Assembly: GCA_951406725.2 (NCBI GenBank)
Contig: OX597826.1
Coordinates: forward strand, 41,478,001 to 41,542,000
Source of the DNA: Octopus vulgaris
Taxonomy: Eukaryota
Direction: 5' to 3'
Length of the DNA: 64,000 nt
Position 1 is the first letter of the stretch. Every line of letters begins with the position of its first letter. Position numbers and translations under genes: made by a program. The notes below the pieces were generated by a model. It was given only the letters and a program-made list of their open reading frames with translations, had not been told where the DNA came from and searched no databases. Below, one piece after another: positions 59,222 through 64,000 of the stretch.

Positions 59222-60619
59222 TCATATGTGACGCTTCATATGCAGTGAGAGATGGTCGCTTCTAGAAAATGCCCGCTCGCACAGATGACATTGGAAAGGT
59301 CTATCTCCTGTGTGTTTTCGATAATGGCGGGTCAGTTCATCAGAACGAGCAAACTTCCAACCACAACCTTTCCAATTGCAGTGGTAAGGCTTCTCTCCCG
59401 TGTGTGTACGGAGATGAGCCTTGAGATGAGAGCTCTTCGTATAGGTTTTACTGCATCCAGTATGAGTACATGTGTGGTTGGTCTGACGTTTGCGACCCCA
59501 AGAACGTCTGCCTCGTTTCTTTGGAACATTAACCCCGCCCTCAACAATGGCTTGCTGCTGAGGAAGCAACAAGTCCACGAGTTGAGGAGACGCCGGAGGT
59601 GTAATCATTGGATGAGGTAACTGTAACATCGTGTTCTGTGGGTTCCCCAGTTTAGGGAGAATATGAGGAGGCAGAAGGATGGACTGCTGGTGTGGATGAT
59701 GAGGGTGCATCATGCCTAATTGGTTGCACTGCATTTGTTTGCGTTCGTCGTGCATCTCAGGGGACGCTGGTGGAGACATGTGACCTGGGATGACGTAATG
59801 TATTTGATTTGGTTGTTGCGCGGCACCTGCGGGCAAACTATTCAATGTGGCGTTGTAAGTGGCACAAGACGAAGCTAAACTACCGTATTCCTGTTTGGGA
59901 ATAACATTCATTGGAGAGGTTTTATATTCGGATTTAACTGTCATCATGTCAACCGGATTGCTGCTATGATGATGTTGATGCTGCTGCTGCTGCTGCTGTT
60001 GATGATGGTGATGATGATGATGATGATGATGACTTTCAGTATCAAACTTGATGTCAGGGATGTCTAGAAAAGCTGAATGGAAGTCTGGGAGTGGCTCTAA
60101 AGTCTCCTGCTTGATTTTCATGATTGGCTCCTCTTGGTACAGACTTTGGTTTTCGGCGGTGTTGTTCAGAATGAAGTCTAAATCGAGCAGGTGCTCATAG
60201 TTATCCAACATCTGTTCTTGTCCACGGTGGTTGCCCAATAAATAAGACAGCTGGCTGCTGTATGAATGCTGCTTCATCAGGTTAGACATAACAGCTAAAG
60301 AACTCAGATTACTGCCGCTAATGCTGTTGCTGGGGACCATGACGTTTGAAGGGTTATTAACACTGTTGTTGAGATTGTCTGTGGTTGTGGTGTTGCTGCT
60401 ATTATTGTTGTTAACGCCACTATTACTCATGGCAAGGATGTGTAGGTTTCCAACGGTCGGCATATTTGCTGACGTGTTCATGCTAGACTGTGGAGGTTGG
60501 TTATGGGTCGGCCGGCTTGGACCGAGGGACAGTTGATCTGACTGCGACATAATATGTAGCATGCTTGTTTCATAAGGTGTGTTATCCTGGTACAATAGGT
60601 TCTCCACTTCTTGCCAAGT
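59222..60619 (-). CDS. KLF1/2/4: Krueppel-like factor of the KLF1/2/4 subfamily, terminal coding exon (465 aa plus stop); upstream exon(s) not identified in the window
   Basis: Three C-terminal C2H2 fingers ([22 protein letters not shown]...[19 protein letters not shown]...[14 protein letters not shown]), the KRGRRSW basic motif diagnostic of KLF1/2/4, and an LLDLDFIL motif as in KLF4/KLF2. The frame is open with no stops. Confidence 0.95.
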   Translation of the reverse strand, partial: TWQEVENLLYQDNTPYETSMLHIMSQSDQLSLGPSRPTHNQPPQSSMNTSANMPTVGNLHILAMSNSGVNNNNSSNTTTTDNLNNSVNNPSNVMVPSNSISGSNLSSLAVMSNLMKQHSYSSQLSYLLGNHRGQEQMLDNYEHLLDLDFILNNTAENQSLYQEEPIMKIKQETLEPLPDFHSAFLDIPDIKFDTESHHHHHHHHHHQQQQQQQHQHHHSSNPVDMMTVKSEYKTSPMNVIPKQEYGSLASSCATYNATLNSLPAGAAQQPNQIHYVIPGHMSPPASPEMHDERKQMQCNQLGMMHPHHPHQQSILLPPHILPKLGNPQNTMLQLPHPMITPPASPQLVDLLLPQQQAIVEGGVNVPKKRGRRSWGRKRQTNHTCTHTGCSKTYTKSSHLKAHLRTHTGEKPYHCNWKGCGWKFARSDELTRHYRKHTGDRPFQCHLCERAFSRSDHLSLHMKRHI

Positions 60620-60645
60620 CTGAAATGAAAAGAAAAAAAAATTAA
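60620..60645 (-). other. 3' splice acceptor of the KLF terminal exon (phase 0)
   Basis: Minus strand TTTTTTTTTCTTTTCATTTCAG|ACT TGG CAA. The ORF-track prefix [14 protein letters not shown] is translated polypyrimidine tract. Confidence 0.85.
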
Positions 60646-61220
60646 TTAAAATAATCTCCACATATATGTTGCTATATATTTCATTAGCGTATATATATAT
60701 ATGTGCGCGTACAATCAGTTATTCATGGTGTGCGCACGTGTATGTTAGGTGCATTTAATCAAAGTTTCCTAATCCACTCTGTTACCAATGCCACAAACTT
60801 CCGTGCCAAAATATACAGTTTATATGCAATGGTGTAACATTCACAAAATGGCTCCGAAACTATTAGGAATGTAGATGAATATACCGGCAAAAGTCGACCA
60901 AATCAGGACTTGAACTCAGAATGTAAAGAGCTGGAAAAAAAGGTATAGTGAGGTATTTTGTTCGTCATTGTAGCGACTCTACCAATCCACCACTTTTTTT
61001 TTGTTTTTGTTAATAATAACAAATTTGATTTCAAATTTTAGCACAATGCCGACAAATTTCGGAGGAAACTATAAGTCTGTTACATCAATCCCAATACTCA
61101 ACGGATACTTATTTTATCCACCCCGAAAGGATGAAAAGTAAAGTGGACACCGGCAGCAGAAATCCCGCTAAGCATTTTTTCCGGCGTGGTAATGATTTTG
61201 CTAACTCGCTACCTTAAATG

Positions 61221-61313
<93 letters not shown>

Positions 61314-61589
61314 GTGGTTTCTGATTTAGACACAGCCACAGTGGGTTACGTCGATGCCATTAATCTCAGCAATTGACCAGTAATTTTATCGAACCCGGAA
61401 AGGTAAAATTTTAGCCTGGGTGTGATTTGAAATCAGGACTTATAAAAGCTGAAAAAAAATGTCACAAAAATAATGATTACAGGAGATAAATTAAAGCTGG
61501 ATGATAAAAAAAAAATGTTAGAAGAGATGTGAAAGTTATGAGCGAAAATATCGAGAGCTTAGAACAAGGCAAAATTGCTTCATGAGTGC

Positions 61590-61671
<82 letters not shown>

Positions 61672-63361
61672 ATATCTATCTATCTATATTTGAGTATTCC
61701 AGAGATACAGGTTTCCCTTAAAGTAATCCTTATTGATTCAGTTGGAAAATTAAGTTAAGGTTTCAAAGAATACTCGTCCACCTTCATCATAAGCCAATGA
61801 GTAAGTAGACCAGCTAATTGGGCAACCGAAATTATCATTGCCGAAAACGAGCGAGATCCTTTGTCTTATGATTTAGAAAAGAAAAAGTGGTCTCCAAGAT
61901 TGGCGAGAAGGTAAAGAGAACAAGATATCCTTGGTTTCCAGTCCTTGTTCCAAAATTTGCAACAGACTAGACTCCATAAAGGTACGGAAGGGTTGGGTGC
62001 AGGTGTTGAATAAGGAGGCGGACACTTGTATATATAGAGAGGATTGCGGCTTCTTGGATGTAAGTTGGGATCTGGTCAACCCCGGGTGGCTCGTTTGGGT
62101 GGGTGGGTACCTTGATTTGAAAGACCTGGTGACCTCAAGTTATATCACAGATGATTTGTCTCTACTCATCCTGGAAGTACATCTTGCATATACATCTTGC
62201 ATACACACACGCAGACATATAGATATGTTTGTGTGTATGCGCACGCGTTGTGTGTGTGTGTGTGTGTGTGTGTGTGCATATGTTGTGTGTGTGTGCGTGC
62301 ATGTGCATATGTTGTGTGTGTGCATGTGCTGTGTGTGTGGGATTATCAAAGAATAGAATACTAACAATTGGAAGCACTCTGGTGCGTTCCTTCCTTGTAC
62401 ATTCCTCATCAAGTGGAATATGGTAATGCGACAGTTTCTCGGGGACAAGCGACATCGATACCGCCATTTCTCAGATGTAGTTTTTAAAGAATATTCTTTG
62501 AAGAAAAACAGTTTTTTGAATTATTCTCGTTTTATCGTTACTGTCTTTCCCCCTTCGTTCTTTCTTTCGTTTTTTTTTCTCTCTCTACTTATTAAAACAT
62601 CCCCTCTTTTCTTTTTGTTTTATGCGATTGTTTTTGTTGATCCTTGCTGATTTTGTATGCAAATATTTTAAAATAATCCTCTTTAGGTTTTATTGTTGGT
62701 CTTTGTTTAAATATAAACGAAAATAATTGCAATAATAATAATAACAACAATAATAATATGATGATGATAATAATAATTTTCGCGGTATGAATATTTCCAG
62801 ATATTTTCCGATTTGATCCGATTCTCTTAATAATAATGTTTGTTGTATTTCGTTTCCTTGTACGTATCCGTTCCTAATGTTTGATATCCAACAGCAGACG
62901 ACCTGAACTTATGGTGAAACTTTAACCACAGTGTACATTTGTGTATATATATATATTTCAGGTGTGTATACATATCTATGTACACAAATGGATGTTGTAA
63001 TATTCATGCCGTTCCCCAAAAAACAATAATGTAGCTAGGATGAAGTGATTAGTTTCTCCGCAGCCGTTTTCTTTGTTCTCCTTCCTTGATGTTTGGTCTT
63101 AAGGATACAAAAATGCACTTTTGTGCATGTTTGTGTATATATGTGTGTATTTTTTGTTTGACATTGTCTGTGTGTGATTGTGCATATGTCACAATTGCAT
63201 TTGTTTATGCGTGAGTGCATATGCAGCGGAAATATATTTTTTTAAATGAAAAATTTAAGTGTGTGAACGTCTATAACTGGCAGAGGAACGGAGAGGAGGC
63301 CACTGGCAAGTAACTGACATGCGTGACTGCAAACGTCCAACTGCATCACAACAGCAGCCGA

Positions 63362-63411
<50 letters not shown>

Positions 63412-63593
63412 TCCCATCACTCTGAACAGCATATCTTCCTCATCTTCACCCATTCCTCATTCTCCTCTCCTTATAATTTTCATCACGGCCGTCGTCGCCA
63501 TCATCATCATCATCATCATCATAATCATCATCGTCGTCATCGTCATAATCCTCACCAATATATAAATGCCAATCAGGCAACAACAACAACAGC

Positions 63594-63640
<47 letters not shown>

Positions 63641-64000
63641 CCTAAGTATGTAAGTAATCAAGCACCTGAGCCTTATCCGAACGTAACCCTAACTGAGCCG
63701 CCGCGACCTTCACATCGTGATCTAACGCACTTTATGGGAAGCACGTGATATATTTGACCGTATAAACTAAATCAGAGGAGGATCAAGTAATCCTATCATA
63801 ATAGATATACTTGTTGTTGTTGTTGTTGCTGTTGCGATTGTTGTTGTTGATGTTATTGTTGTTGTTGTTGTTATTGACCATATTTAAATCCGATCAAAAT
63901 GTACCGAGTACCTGTCAATATTTTGTGTGTGTGTGTGTGTACGGTTATGCATACGTACACACACATATGCATACATGTACACACACACACACTCTCATGT

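Noticed and set aside
59252-59620. Antisense ORF over the zinc fingers
   Set aside because: Shadow ORF of the KLF coding strand.
60620-60661. ORF-track start [14 protein letters not shown] as the KLF N-terminus
   Set aside because: It is intron polypyrimidine tract ending in CAG; the true start lies in an upstream exon.
61873-62470. Possible upstream KLF exon or separate gene
   Set aside because: No recognisable KLF motif or convincing splice pair, and it is interrupted by (TG)n. More likely a decayed LINE fragment.

Overview
AT-rich, microsatellite-dense eukaryotic (animal) DNA. The SINE, microsatellite and transposon content looks like a coleoid cephalopod, probably Octopus; this is an inference. 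The only convincing protein-coding feature is the terminal exon of a KLF1/2/4-type Krueppel-like zinc-finger gene on the minus strand (59222-60619). A probable ~5.6 kb SINE-free 3' UTR follows it, ending at an AATAAA plus GU-rich element near 53.6 kb. The rest is intergenic or intronic: several tRNA-derived SINE families, decayed Tc1/mariner/Tigger copies, MITEs, Helitron ends, and RTE and R4/Dong LINE fragments. Almost all other ORFs in the track are microsatellite artefacts. The most striking non-standard signal is a set of short, non-coding inserts, mostly embedded in (TA)n. They carry minimal type-I hammerhead-ribozyme motifs with covarying stems, long 5' fold-back hairpins and/or a shared structured 3' terminus, as expected for non-autonomous Penelope-like retroelements or retrozymes. 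One copy (30511-31189) has a 14-bp TSD, a canonical hammerhead core and a tRNA B-box-like head. Coordinates were read by eye, and repeat boundaries may be off by several bases.
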